DNA of 32,100 bases from Xanthobacteraceae bacterium. Its GTDB lineage: Bacteria; Pseudomonadota; Alphaproteobacteria; Rhizobiales; Xanthobacteraceae. Shown here in pieces: positions 15,673 to 25,006 of this stretch. The notes beneath the pieces were generated by a model. The model ran no database searches, had not been told where the DNA came from, and was given only the letters and a program-made list of their open reading frames with translations. Both the position numbers and the translations under genes were made by a program. Positions within the stretch are counted from its first letter, which is position 1. Each line of letters starts with the position of its first letter. The stretch lies in contig JBGPOB010000001.1 of NCBI GenBank assembly GCA_041487815.1, positions 1-32,100 of the forward strand, given 5' to 3'.

Positions 15673-16086
15673 ATGACACGGCCAAGTTTACTGCCGGCGC
15701 TGTTGGCGCTGGCGACCGTCGCCGCAATCGTCGGCTCGCCCTCCCGTGCGCGCGCCGATCCGCTGCTGTTTCAGGGGATCGGATCATCAAATTGCGCTCG
15801 GCTTGCCGACGACATCAAGCCGGCGCAGGGTCTCAACGACCAAGTCAACCTGATGCTCTATGCGTGGGTTCAAGGCTATGTCAGCGCCGCTAACGTGGCG
15901 TTGCTGGAATATGACGGCAAGCACGTCGACATGTCGGACCTCACCGACACCCACGTCCTTATGATGATCCGGGACTATTGCAAGGCGCACCCCGACAAGA
16001 AACCCGCCAACGCCCTCGACATCTATCTGAAGACGACCAAGAAGATGCGCGCGCAGTGGCAAACCGGTTCGGTCGAATGGGACTGA
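15673..16086 (+). CDS. small secreted/periplasmic protein of unknown function
   Basis: 137 aa starting from ATG 15673. The signal peptide is MTRPSLLPALLALATVAAIVGSPSRARA. Two Cys (SSNCARL, RDYCKAH) are present. No family recognised. Confidence 0.65.
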   Translation: MTRPSLLPALLALATVAAIVGSPSRARADPLLFQGIGSSNCARLADDIKPAQGLNDQVNLMLYAWVQGYVSAANVALLEYDGKHVDMSDLTDTHVLMMIRDYCKAHPDKKPANALDIYLKTTKKMRAQWQTGSVEWD

Positions 16087-16087
16087 C

Positions 16088-16109
16088 GGGCGGCGGAATC
16101 TGACCGCCC
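16088..16109. terminator. possible bidirectional hairpin between convergent genes
   Basis: GGGCGG-N10-CCGCCC fills the 23-nt gap between the TGA at 16084-16086 and the TAA (minus strand) at 16110-16112. Only a weak T/A tract flanks it. Confidence 0.3.
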
Positions 16110-17093
16110 TTATTGTGGTTTCAGGCCGGCGGTGACGACGACTTTCGCCCACTTCTCGATGTCCTTGTTCACCAGGTCCGTGAACTCGGCGGGCGTCATG
16201 TGCATCGGGACCGCGCCTTGCTTCGCCCAGGCGTCCACGATCGCTTGCTGTTTCATGACCGCGTTGATTTCGGCGTTGAGCTTGTCGACGATCGCCTTCG
16301 GCGTGCCGGCCGGCGCCATCAGCCCGAGCCAGATCGTCGACTCGTAGCCGGGCACGCCGGCTTCCGCCACGGTCGGCACATCCGGCAGGATTTTTGATCG
16401 GACGGCCCCGGAGGTCGCAAGCGCACGCACCTGACCGGCCTTCACGTTTTCCGCCATCGTGGTGATGGCGTCGAACATCATCTGCACGTGTCCGCCAAGC
16501 ACGGCGTTGCGCGCCTCGCCGGAGGCCTTGTGCGGAACGTGAACGATGTTGGTGCCACTCATCGCTTTGAACAGCTCACCGGCCATGTGATACGGCGTTC
16601 CCGTCCCCGATGAAGCGTAGTTGAGTTCGCCGGGCTTGGATTTCGCAAGCGCGATGAATTCCTTCAAATTGTTCGCCGGCACTGACGGATGCACCACCAT
16701 CACCAAGTCCGAGTAGTTGATGGGCGTGACCGCGACGAAATCCCGCATCAGCGCAAACGGCTTGTTCGGCACCAGCGTTTCGTTGGTGGTGTGGGTGTTC
16801 GACATGGCGAGCAGCGTATAGCCGTCCGGCGGCGACTTCGCGACCGCATCGGTGCCGATGATCGAGCCGGCGCCGGGACGGTCCTCGACCAAGAACGACT
16901 GCTTGAGATGATCCGACAGATACTGCGCGATTTGCCGCGAGAACACGTCAGCCGGCCCGCCGGCGCCGAACGGAACGATGATCTTCACCGGCCGGTTCGG
17001 GTAGTTCTGCGCCGAGGCAAGGCCGCTTGATCCCGCCAGCGCGGCCATTATCAGCGCGGCAGCAAACGCTCGATTTCCACCCGCAGACGACAT
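16110..17093 (-). CDS. tripartite tricarboxylate transporter substrate-binding protein (Bug/TctC family)
   Basis: 327 aa. A signal peptide is followed by YPNRPVKIIVPFGAGGPADVFSR and SGTGTPYHMAGE, typical Bug-family motifs. GGGAGG lies upstream of the ATG. No tctA or tctB is adjacent. Confidence 0.9.
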   Translation of the reverse strand: MSSAGGNRAFAAALIMAALAGSSGLASAQNYPNRPVKIIVPFGAGGPADVFSRQIAQYLSDHLKQSFLVEDRPGAGSIIGTDAVAKSPPDGYTLLAMSNTHTTNETLVPNKPFALMRDFVAVTPINYSDLVMVVHPSVPANNLKEFIALAKSKPGELNYASSGTGTPYHMAGELFKAMSGTNIVHVPHKASGEARNAVLGGHVQMMFDAITTMAENVKAGQVRALATSGAVRSKILPDVPTVAEAGVPGYESTIWLGLMAPAGTPKAIVDKLNAEINAVMKQQAIVDAWAKQGAVPMHMTPAEFTDLVNKDIEKWAKVVVTAGLKPQ

Positions 17094-17161
17094 CGTTTCC
17101 TCCCTTGGAGCGCGGCTGTTTCAACCGGAATTACATCGACGTGCCAAACTATTATTCTTAC

Positions 17162-17204
17162 GCATGATTTAATCGGAAAAGTCTGCAACTATTCCCGATC
17201 ATGC
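17162..17204. repeat. minimal copy of repeat family A (core only)
   Basis: GCATGATTTAATCGGAAAAGTCTGCAACTATTCCCGATCATGC. It has 7-bp inverted ends GCATGAT/ATCATGC. It shares GGAAAAGTCTGCAAC with 4261-4275 (14/15) and shares the right end TTCCCGATCATGC with the ends of the other two copies. Confidence 0.45.
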
Positions 17205-17332
17205 TCTCGCGGCGAACCGCATCCCGAGCGCACCCGCCTCCCTATTCTTGACGTTGTTTTTGACCCGATTTCAAGTGTCAGGGGGTCGCGGCCGGCGCTT
17301 GCGTCCGACGCCCGAAGCCGTCACATAGGCCC

Positions 17333-19219
17333 ATGCTCATCATCGACAGTCTTTCGGTGCGCGTCGCCGGACGCCTGCTCATCGACAATGCCTCGGCGCG
17401 CATCCCGGACGGAGCGCGCGTCGGCCTAGTCGGTCGCAACGGCGCCGGCAAGACGAGCCTGTTTCGCGTGATTGCCGGCGAAATCCCCGCCGAGCATGGC
17501 GGCGTCACCGTGGGCGCACGCGAGCGCGTGGGACAGTTGGCGCAGGAGGCGCCGAGCGGGCCGGAACCGCTGATCGATCTCGTCCTCGCCGCCAACCGCG
17601 AACGAACGCGGCTGCTGGCCGAAGCGGATACCGCCGACGATCCGCACCGCATCGCCGAAATTCAGACCCGCCTTGCCGACATCGGCGCCCACGCCGCGCC
17701 GGCGCGCGCCGCCGCCATCCTCGCCGGGCTGGGATTTTCGGACGACGCGCAGCAACGGCCATGCGCGGAATTCTCCGGTGGCTGGCGCATGCGGGTGGCG
17801 CTCGCGGCGCTGCTGTTTTCCGAGCCGGACATTCTGCTGCTGGACGAACCGACCAACTTTCTCGATCTTGAAGGCACGCTGTGGCTTCAGGACCACATTG
17901 CCAGATATCCGCACACGGTCATCGTCATCAGCCATGACCGCGACCTACTCGACACCGCCGTTGGTGCAATTCTGCATCTCGACCAGGGCGTCATCACCTT
18001 CTATCGCGGCACCTATTCGCAGTTTGAGCGGCAGCGGCGCGAGCGGGTCGCACTCGATCTCAAGCTCGCGAAAAAGCAGGACGCCGAGCGCAAACGCCTG
18101 ATGCAGTTCGTCGAGCGCTTCCGCGCCAAGGCGACCAAGGCCCGTCAGGCGCAATCGCGGCTCAAGCTCATCGCCAAGCTCGAACCAATCGTTGCGCGCA
18201 CGGCCGACGAAGTGCGCGAGTTCGTCATCCCGGCGCCGCAAACCATGCTGTCGCCGCCGATCATCGCGCTCGACAACGTGGCGGTGGGCTATGCCGCCGA
18301 CGCACCGGTGTTGCGGCGGCTGACGCTGCGCATCGACGCGGACGACCGCATCGGCCTTCTCGGCGCCAACGGCAACGGCAAGTCGACGCTCATCAAGCTG
18401 ATCGCCGGCCGTCTTGCGCCGTTGTCCGGCGCGATCACGCGCGCGGACAAACTCAGAATTGCCTATTTCGCCCAGCACCAGCTGGAAGAACTGCGTCCCG
18501 AGGAGAGCGCCTACGATCACGTGCGCGCGCTGATGCCCGTTGCCGCCGAGGCACAGGTGCGCGCGCGCGCGGGAGCCATGGGGTTTCCCGGCGCCACCGC
18601 CAATACCCGCGTCGGCAGTCTTTCGGGTGGCGAAAAGGCGCGCCTGTTGCTGGGATTGGCAACGTTCCATGCGCCGCATCTCGTCGTGCTCGACGAACCG
18701 ACCAACCACCTCGACATCGACAGCCGCGCGGCCCTGATCGAAGCGATCAGCGACTATCCCGGCGCGGTGGTGCTGGTGGCACACGACCGCTACCTGCTGG
18801 ACGCATGCGCGGACCGGCTGTGGCTGGTGGCGGACGGCGGCGTCACGGTGTTCGACGGCGATCTTGACGATTATCGTCGCGTCGTGTTGGCGGCGCGGCC
18901 CGCGCGGAGCGACGATACGGACGGCACGCGGCCGCCGCGCGCCGGGCGCCCCGAACAGCGGCGCCTCGCCGCCGCGCGCCGGGTCGAACTGGCGCCGTTG
19001 CAGCGCCAGATCAAATCCGCGGAGGCGGAAATCGCAAAGCTTTCCGGTCGCATTGCCGAAATCGACGCCGCGCTGGCGGACCCCGCGCTCTACGCGCGCC
19101 AACCAGCAAAGGTCGGCGCACTTAATCGGGAGCGCGCCGAAGCTTCAGCCGCACTGGCGCGCGCCGAGGATCGGTGGCTGGACCTCAGCGCCCATTACGA
19201 CGAAGCCGGTGCGCAGTAG
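17333..19219 (+). CDS. ABC-F family ATPase (two ABC domains, no transmembrane domain, C-terminal coiled coil)
   Basis: 628 aa. Walker A GRNGAGKTS and GANGNGKST, signatures FSGGWRMR and LSGGEKAR, Walker B LLLDEPTN and VVLDEPTN, an interdomain linker, and an Arg/Ala-rich helical tail. Confidence 0.9.
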   Translation: MLIIDSLSVRVAGRLLIDNASARIPDGARVGLVGRNGAGKTSLFRVIAGEIPAEHGGVTVGARERVGQLAQEAPSGPEPLIDLVLAANRERTRLLAEADTADDPHRIAEIQTRLADIGAHAAPARAAAILAGLGFSDDAQQRPCAEFSGGWRMRVALAALLFSEPDILLLDEPTNFLDLEGTLWLQDHIARYPHTVIVISHDRDLLDTAVGAILHLDQGVITFYRGTYSQFERQRRERVALDLKLAKKQDAERKRLMQFVERFRAKATKARQAQSRLKLIAKLEPIVARTADEVREFVIPAPQTMLSPPIIALDNVAVGYAADAPVLRRLTLRIDADDRIGLLGANGNGKSTLIKLIAGRLAPLSGAITRADKLRIAYFAQHQLEELRPEESAYDHVRALMPVAAEAQVRARAGAMGFPGATANTRVGSLSGGEKARLLLGLATFHAPHLVVLDEPTNHLDIDSRAALIEAISDYPGAVVLVAHDRYLLDACADRLWLVADGGVTVFDGDLDDYRRVVLAARPARSDDTDGTRPPRAGRPEQRRLAAARRVELAPLQRQIKSAEAEIAKLSGRIAEIDAALADPALYARQPAKVGALNRERAEASAALARAEDRWLDLSAHYDEAGAQ

Positions 19220-19280
19220 ATGCCAGCCGATCGGCGTTGAAGTGGCGTGTCTGCGCACAAATTGCGTTTGAGTGCGCGAT

Positions 19281-20873
19281 CTAGTTTCGCGGCGCGGCCA
19301 TCGCATTGAGCGCCGCATCAACGAGCGCCTGCGCGTCCAGCTTGAGGGCGCTGCGCGATTCGTCGCGGCTGTAAAACATATGTCCCCCACCGTAGACGAC
19401 GAGCTTGACGCGGTCCGGCGAACCGTAATCCGGCAGTTGCCGGAGGATGAGCTGGTCCTCGAAATACGGCGTAACGAGGTCGCTGGCCCCATGCGCCACG
19501 ATCACCTGCAGCTTTGGGTCGATTGCGGCGGCGCGGCGGAGATCGTCGACCGCCTGCGGCGGGCTGCGGCCGCGGCCCCAGTCCCAGCGCGCGTTGACCT
19601 CGTTGTTTTGCAGACGGTATGGCGCCTCGATTTGCCACCCGAACCTGGCTCGATAGAAATCGGTGATCGCGGCGGCGAGCGGAGCGTTCAATGCGCCCAG
19701 CATTGCATCGCTGTAGCGCGAAGTCGCCGAATAGGGATTGGGATCGAACGCCATCACCGTCGCGTCATAGTTCGACGCCACCAGACCCCGGCCGCGCCTG
19801 ATTTCGCGCTCAAATGTTTCGGGATCGACGCGACCGGCAAGCTGGCGCACCAGCGCGGTATCGAGTCCCGTCAGTTGCGCGACCCGGACGGACAGGCGTT
19901 CGCGCGCAGCGGCGTCGCGCTCGCCCTGTAATAGATCGCGAAGATAGTCGCCCTGCGCATATTGCTCGACCGCGCGCAGAGCCTCCCGGTCGAACGGCGC
20001 GCCGTTGAGTTCGCGCGCCGCCGCCGCCATCGACGGCAGCCGGCTTACCCACATAAGCGGAACATGGCGCGCCTGGCCGCGCCAGCCGAAATCGAGCACC
20101 GGCGAAATCAAAACCAGCCCGGCGACGCCGACCTGTTGACTGTCCTGCAACACGCGCGTCATGCGCACGGCGCGAAAGCCGCCGTAGCTTTCGCCAACGA
20201 TAAATTTCGGCGAGGTCTGCCGACCCCATTTTTCGACCCACTTGCGGACAAACACCGCGAGCGATTCGGCGTCGCCTTCGATCGACCAGAATTGGCGGCG
20301 GGCGTTGTCGCCGCTGACCACGAGCGTGCTGTAGCCGGTGCCGGCCGGGTCGATGAACACGAGGTCGGTGAAGTCGAGCCAGGTTTCGGCATTCGCGACC
20401 AGCACCGGAGGCGAGGATGGCGACACGCCCGCGAACGGCAATCGCCAAGGTCCGAGCGCGCCGAAATGCAAATACGCCGATGCCGCGCCGGGACCGCCGT
20501 TGAAAACGAAGGTGACCGGCCGGTTGGCGGAATCGGGTCGGCTGTAGGCGATGTAGGCGATTTCGGCCTGGAGCGTGCCGTCGCCGGCATCGACGATCGG
20601 GATCGATCCGGCGGTGGCGCTGAAATGCAGCGCCCGTCCGGCCACATCGACGTCGAATTCGCGCGTCACATCCGCGGGCAGTCGCGCGGCCGCAGGGGCG
20701 CGTTGCGCACCGGCGCTGGCGGACGATGGTTGCGGCGGCGTTTGTGGTCGGGCGTCAGCCGGGTTCGGCGACGACGCGGAGGGTTGCGCCAGTAACTCCG
20801 TTGCGCCCGCAAGCGCGACTGTCACGGCGACGATTGCCGCGGCCACGCGCCACCGGCGGGCGTTGCGCATCAT
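19281..20873 (-). CDS. secreted S10-family serine carboxypeptidase-like peptidase
   Basis: 530 aa. A signal peptide and a Pro/Ser-rich linker are followed by FVFNGGPGAAS and the nucleophile motif VGESYGG, with a late HGASDLV...GGGHMF. The start ATG shares 1 nt with the upstream lipoprotein stop (TGATG). Confidence 0.8.
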   Translation of the reverse strand: MMRNARRWRVAAAIVAVTVALAGATELLAQPSASSPNPADARPQTPPQPSSASAGAQRAPAAARLPADVTREFDVDVAGRALHFSATAGSIPIVDAGDGTLQAEIAYIAYSRPDSANRPVTFVFNGGPGAASAYLHFGALGPWRLPFAGVSPSSPPVLVANAETWLDFTDLVFIDPAGTGYSTLVVSGDNARRQFWSIEGDAESLAVFVRKWVEKWGRQTSPKFIVGESYGGFRAVRMTRVLQDSQQVGVAGLVLISPVLDFGWRGQARHVPLMWVSRLPSMAAAARELNGAPFDREALRAVEQYAQGDYLRDLLQGERDAAARERLSVRVAQLTGLDTALVRQLAGRVDPETFEREIRRGRGLVASNYDATVMAFDPNPYSATSRYSDAMLGALNAPLAAAITDFYRARFGWQIEAPYRLQNNEVNARWDWGRGRSPPQAVDDLRRAAAIDPKLQVIVAHGASDLVTPYFEDQLILRQLPDYGSPDRVKLVVYGGGHMFYSRDESRSALKLDAQALVDAALNAMAAPRN

Positions 20874-21439
20874 CAGGTCGCCTGTCGCTTGGCGGATCGT
20901 TGTGGCGGCTTCTTCTTCTTGACCGGCTCGGGCGGCGGCTCGGCGCCGCGTTCGATCGACTTCAGCCGCCCCGCGACGAAGCGATAAATCGGGCGGTCGG
21001 CAGCGGCATAAGTCAGCACGACGCTGCGTTCGCCGCGCTCGTTGGCGCCGACCTGGACCTCCATCGGCGGCCCGGCCGCGCGAACGACTTCACACTCGGT
21101 CATTTCCAATCCGATGCCGCGCGGCGAAGGCGCGGTCGCGGCGGGCGGAGCGTTGGACGTGGACGAAGCCGGCGCCGCGACCGGCTCGGCGGGTGCCGCG
21201 GGCGCTTCAATTCCGGCGCAGCGCCCGCCGGCGTCGACCAGATCGGCGGGTCCGACCGCCGTCCTCGCGCGGTCCTTGCGTGCGAATTGCGTCGGGTCCG
21301 GCACGAACACGCTGGTGTCGAACTTGGGAACCGCGCCGATCTGTTGAAAGTCCGGGATCTGACAGGCGGCCAGCGACACCGCCAGCACGCACAGCAGCGC
21401 CGCCGTTCGGGTCGTCTTCAGTCTGCAGGCGTGCGGCAT
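20873..21439 (-). CDS. lipoprotein of unknown function
   Basis: 188 aa. The lipobox is LAVSLAAC. An Ala/Pro-rich linker is followed by the C-terminal globular segment GLEMTECEVVRAAGPPMEVQVG...VLTY...GRLKSIER and a Lys-rich tail. Confidence 0.7.
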   Translation of the reverse strand: MPHACRLKTTRTAALLCVLAVSLAACQIPDFQQIGAVPKFDTSVFVPDPTQFARKDRARTAVGPADLVDAGGRCAGIEAPAAPAEPVAAPASSTSNAPPAATAPSPRGIGLEMTECEVVRAAGPPMEVQVGANERGERSVVLTYAAADRPIYRFVAGRLKSIERGAEPPPEPVKKKKPPQRSAKRQAT

Positions 21440-21553
21440 ATCCGGTCCTCTGACGGCGTCGTTGAAACCGGAGTTTGCGTCACCAGCATGGCGAACGGCA
21501 AGGTTAGCGGACGGCGCGGATGCCCTGCAATGGGTCGCGGTTAACGCCGGAAA

Positions 21554-22006
21554 CTAGCTTTTGCGTTGCCAGCGGCCTTGCTCATCGCGCTGCCAGTAGG
21601 TCACTTCGAACCCCTGCCCTTTGGCAGATGTCCAGTGCGCGCGCGCGGCGGCGGCCGCTTCGGGGTCGTCGCCGTCGAACAATAGCACGATGCGCTGGTA
21701 GGTGTCGGAATCGGCCGGCAGCGGCGCGCCATCGACCAGGAAGCGCACGGTGGCCGCATTCGGGTTTGCGTCCGCGACGGTCAGGACCACGGGCTGCACC
21801 GCCGCCGTGCCTTCCCGGCTGGTGCCATGCGGCAGAAAGCTGTCGTCGCGATAGGTCCAAAGATGCGCATCGAGCGCATCGACGCGCTCCTCCGATGAAG
21901 ATTGTACGACCACCCGCCAGCCGCGCGTCAGCGACCGTTCCAAAAGCTGCGGCAGCACGGCTTCGATGGACTGGTTTTGCAGGTGATAGAACAATACTTC
22001 GGTCAT
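21554..22006 (-). CDS. holC: DNA polymerase III subunit chi
   Basis: 150 aa, MTEVLFYHLQNQSIE...LDAHLWTYRDDSFLPHG, the conserved chi N-terminal region. It lies downstream of pepA, the classical pepA-holC arrangement. Confidence 0.85.
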   Translation of the reverse strand: MTEVLFYHLQNQSIEAVLPQLLERSLTRGWRVVVQSSSEERVDALDAHLWTYRDDSFLPHGTSREGTAAVQPVVLTVADANPNAATVRFLVDGAPLPADSDTYQRIVLLFDGDDPEAAAAARAHWTSAKGQGFEVTYWQRDEQGRWQRKS

Positions 22007-22066
22007 GCGCCAAGCACCGGAAAGGCAGCAAAGATTATCACAATTGGGGCGCAGCTCCGGCGGCGA

Positions 22067-23560
22067 TCAGGCCTCGTAATGGTCGGCGACGAGGTGGTTG
22101 AGCAGCCGCACGCCCCAGCCCGACGACCAGCTGCGGTTGATATCGGTCTGCGGCGATCCCATGGCGGTGCCGGCGATGTCGAGATGCGCCCACGGCGTCT
22201 TGCCGACAAAGCGCTGCAGAAATTGCGCGGCGGTGATCGAGCCGCCGTGGCGCCCGCCGGTGTTCTTCATGTCGGCGAATTTCGAATCGATCATCTTGTC
22301 GTATTCAGGCCCGAGCGGCATGCGCCACACCCGCTCGCCAGTGACGTCCCCGGCGCGCGCCAGACGCTCGGCGAGCTTGTCGTCGTTGCTGAACAGGCCG
22401 GCGTACTCGTGGCCAAGCGAAACGATGATGGCACCGGTCAGCGTTGCGAGATCGATCATGAACTTCGGCGCGAAGCGGTCGGCGACGTAGTGCAGGACAT
22501 CCGCAAGCACCAGGCGTCCCTCGGCGTCGGTGTTGATGATTTCGATGGTCTGACCCGACATGGCCTTGACGATATCGCCGGGACGTTGCGCGCGCCCGTC
22601 CGGCATGTTTTCAACAAGGCCGACCGCGCCGACGACGTTGACGCGGGCCTTGCGCACGGCAAGCGCCTGCAACAGGCCAACAACGCAAGCCGCGCCGCCC
22701 ATGTCGCCCTTCATGTCTTCCATGCTGGCCGCCGGCTTGATGGAAATTCCGCCGCTATCGAAACACACGCCCTTCCCGACAAACGCGATCGGCTTGTCGC
22801 CGCGCCGACCGCCGTTCCAGCGCATGATCACGACGCGACTTTCGTGCGCGGAGCCTTGCCCGACCCCGAGCAGCGCACCCATGCCGAGCTTTTCCATCGC
22901 CTTGACGTCGAGCACCTCGACCGCCACGCCGAGCCGCCGCAGGGCCGTCGCCCGCCGGGCGAATTCCTCCGGAAACAGGACGTTGGCCGGCTCGTTGACG
23001 AGATCGCGCGCCAACAACACGCCATCCGAAACTGCCGCGCGCGCGGCCCAGGATTTTCGGGCCGCGGCAACATTTGTAACCCCGAAGGTGACTTTAACCG
23101 TGGCCGGCCGTACGTCGTCCTCCTTCTTTTTTGTTTTGTAGCGCTCAAACGAATAGCCGCGCAGGCGCGCGCCGAGCGCCAGTTCCGCGACCTGGTCCGG
23201 CTTCATCGGGCCGTTGCCCAAATCGGCGTGTATCGTCACCTCGCCGGCGGCAGGCGGCACTTTGCCCATGGCGACGCCGCCCAGGCGTACGAAATCCCTG
23301 GCCTTGAGATCGCGAACCTTTCCGGTTCCGATCACCACCAGCCGCGACGCCCGCAGTCCGGCCGGCGCGACCAGTTCCAGCGCAGCGCCGAGCTTGCCTT
23401 TGAAACGCTCCGTCGTGGCAGCGCGCCCGACAAGCTCGAGGGCGGTGCCGAGGGCTTTGCGCGTGGCGGCGCCGTATCTCGCCGAATCGTCGCAGAACAC
23501 GACAAAAACCCCGCGCGACGGCGCGGCCAGCGGCGAAAATTCCAGCCTCAATTCAGGCAT
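22067..23560 (-). CDS. pepA: leucyl aminopeptidase (M17)
   Basis: 497 aa. The M17 signature is [12 protein letters not shown], with [15 protein letters not shown] and MKGDMGGAA as metal-ligand contexts. It is divergent from lptF, as in many proteobacteria. Confidence 0.92.
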   Translation of the reverse strand: MPELRLEFSPLAAPSRGVFVVFCDDSARYGAATRKALGTALELVGRAATTERFKGKLGAALELVAPAGLRASRLVVIGTGKVRDLKARDFVRLGGVAMGKVPPAAGEVTIHADLGNGPMKPDQVAELALGARLRGYSFERYKTKKKEDDVRPATVKVTFGVTNVAAARKSWAARAAVSDGVLLARDLVNEPANVLFPEEFARRATALRRLGVAVEVLDVKAMEKLGMGALLGVGQGSAHESRVVIMRWNGGRRGDKPIAFVGKGVCFDSGGISIKPAASMEDMKGDMGGAACVVGLLQALAVRKARVNVVGAVGLVENMPDGRAQRPGDIVKAMSGQTIEIINTDAEGRLVLADVLHYVADRFAPKFMIDLATLTGAIIVSLGHEYAGLFSNDDKLAERLARAGDVTGERVWRMPLGPEYDKMIDSKFADMKNTGGRHGGSITAAQFLQRFVGKTPWAHLDIAGTAMGSPQTDINRSWSSGWGVRLLNHLVADHYEA

Positions 23561-23831
23561 ATCGGTTCCCCAATCCCCAGCAATGATCGTTTATCGGCCT
23601 ACCCGCCGCAATGGCCCGTGCAAGCGCCGGTTCAGGCTTCGCTTCGGCCCCGTGACAGTCACTAGGCCTTAACCATTCCTATTTGTTTTTCAACAGCTTT
23701 GCCTCCAGACGGCCATCTTGTATGGACATGGTGAACGATGCAGATCGCTGCGGCTCGTGCGAGCCCGCGATCGCGCGCGCACGGATGTTTGGGGGCGTGC
23801 CGGTCGTTGCCGGCGCGGGACGGCGAGTTTG

Positions 23832-25001
23832 ATGGGGTCGATCGGTCGGTACATCTTTCGTTCTACGCTGGGTGCGTTCCTCGTGGTCCTCGTCAGCCTG
23901 ACGTCGATCATCTGGATAACCCAGGCGTTGCGCGAAATCGACCTGATGACAAGCCAGGGTCAAACCATCCTGGTGTTCGTTGGCATTACGAGCCTGGTGA
24001 TTCCGCAGCTTGTGATGCTGATCGCGCCCATCGCCTTCGTGATCGCGGCGGTCCACGTGCTCAACAAGCTGGCGACGGATTCTGAAATCATCGTGCTCAA
24101 TTCCGCAGGGATGTCGCCATGGAAGCTGCTACGGGCGTTCATGGCGGCGGCGCTCGTGGTGTCTGCGCTGGTGGCGTTGGTCTCCACCTACCTGTCGCCG
24201 ATGGCACTGCGCGAGTTGCGCAGGTGGGCGACCGAAGTCCGCGCGGACCTCTTGACCAACATTGTCCAGCCCGGACGCTTTATCGCGATCGAGCCGCGCC
24301 TCATCTTTCATCTGCGCGAACGCCAGGCCAACGGCCTGTTGCGCGGAATCATGCTCGACGACCGCCGCGACCCCAAGGAAGAAACGACATTCCTGGCCGA
24401 CAGCGGCGAGATCGTGAAGGATGAAAAAGGCACCTATCTCGTCCTGGTCGAGGGCAGCGTCCAGCGTCATCAGGCGGATCAGCGCGATCCGACGATCGTC
24501 AATTTCGATCGCTACCCGTTCGACCTGTCGCAATTTTCAGGCACAACAAAAATATCGAATCTGGCGCTGCGCGAGCTGTATTTCTCGGAATTGGCGGCGC
24601 CGCGCCCCGACAGTCCGGCGGCCGCGCACAATCCGCGCCAGATCCGCGTTGAATTTCACGACCGCATCGTGGCCGCGCTCTACCCGCTCGCCTTCGCAGT
24701 GATCGCTGTCGCGTGCCTCGGCGCGCCCTGCACCACGCGGCAAAGTCGGCTGTATGCGATGGTGGCGACCATTGCCGCTGTTTCCGCGGTTCGCCTGGCG
24801 GGGTTTGCAAGCCTCGTTCTGGGCGCATTCGCGCCGATCGCGCTGGGTATTCAATACGCGGCGATCGCGCTTGCGGCCTGGTTCGGGCTGCGACTCATCG
24901 CGCGCGGCGCCGCAATCGAAGCTCCGACGATCCTGACCCATTGGCTTGCGATCGCCGGCGAATTCTTCGCCCGGCGCGCCGCCGCGTTCTCGCCGCGGTG
25001 A
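23832..25001 (+). CDS. lptF: LPS export ABC transporter permease LptF
   Basis: YjgP/YjgQ-family permease. It begins MGSIGRYIFRSTLGAF and has multiple TM segments around a central periplasmic beta-jellyroll-sized insert. The start is at ATG 23832; the track start at 23718 adds an Arg-rich extension. Confidence 0.85.
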   Translation: MGSIGRYIFRSTLGAFLVVLVSLTSIIWITQALREIDLMTSQGQTILVFVGITSLVIPQLVMLIAPIAFVIAAVHVLNKLATDSEIIVLNSAGMSPWKLLRAFMAAALVVSALVALVSTYLSPMALRELRRWATEVRADLLTNIVQPGRFIAIEPRLIFHLRERQANGLLRGIMLDDRRDPKEETTFLADSGEIVKDEKGTYLVLVEGSVQRHQADQRDPTIVNFDRYPFDLSQFSGTTKISNLALRELYFSELAAPRPDSPAAAHNPRQIRVEFHDRIVAALYPLAFAVIAVACLGAPCTTRQSRLYAMVATIAAVSAVRLAGFASLVLGAFAPIALGIQYAAIALAAWFGLRLIARGAAIEAPTILTHWLAIAGEFFARRAAAFSPR

Positions 25002-25006
25002 CGTCC

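Noticed and set aside
17945-19102. 385-aa minus-strand ORF inside the ABC-F gene
   Set aside because: It is antisense to clear Walker A, signature and Walker B motifs, with junk-like composition.
21902-23665. 587-aa plus-strand ORF opposite holC and pepA
   Set aside because: This is a shadow ORF spanning two real minus-strand genes and their intergenic spacer. It has no motifs.
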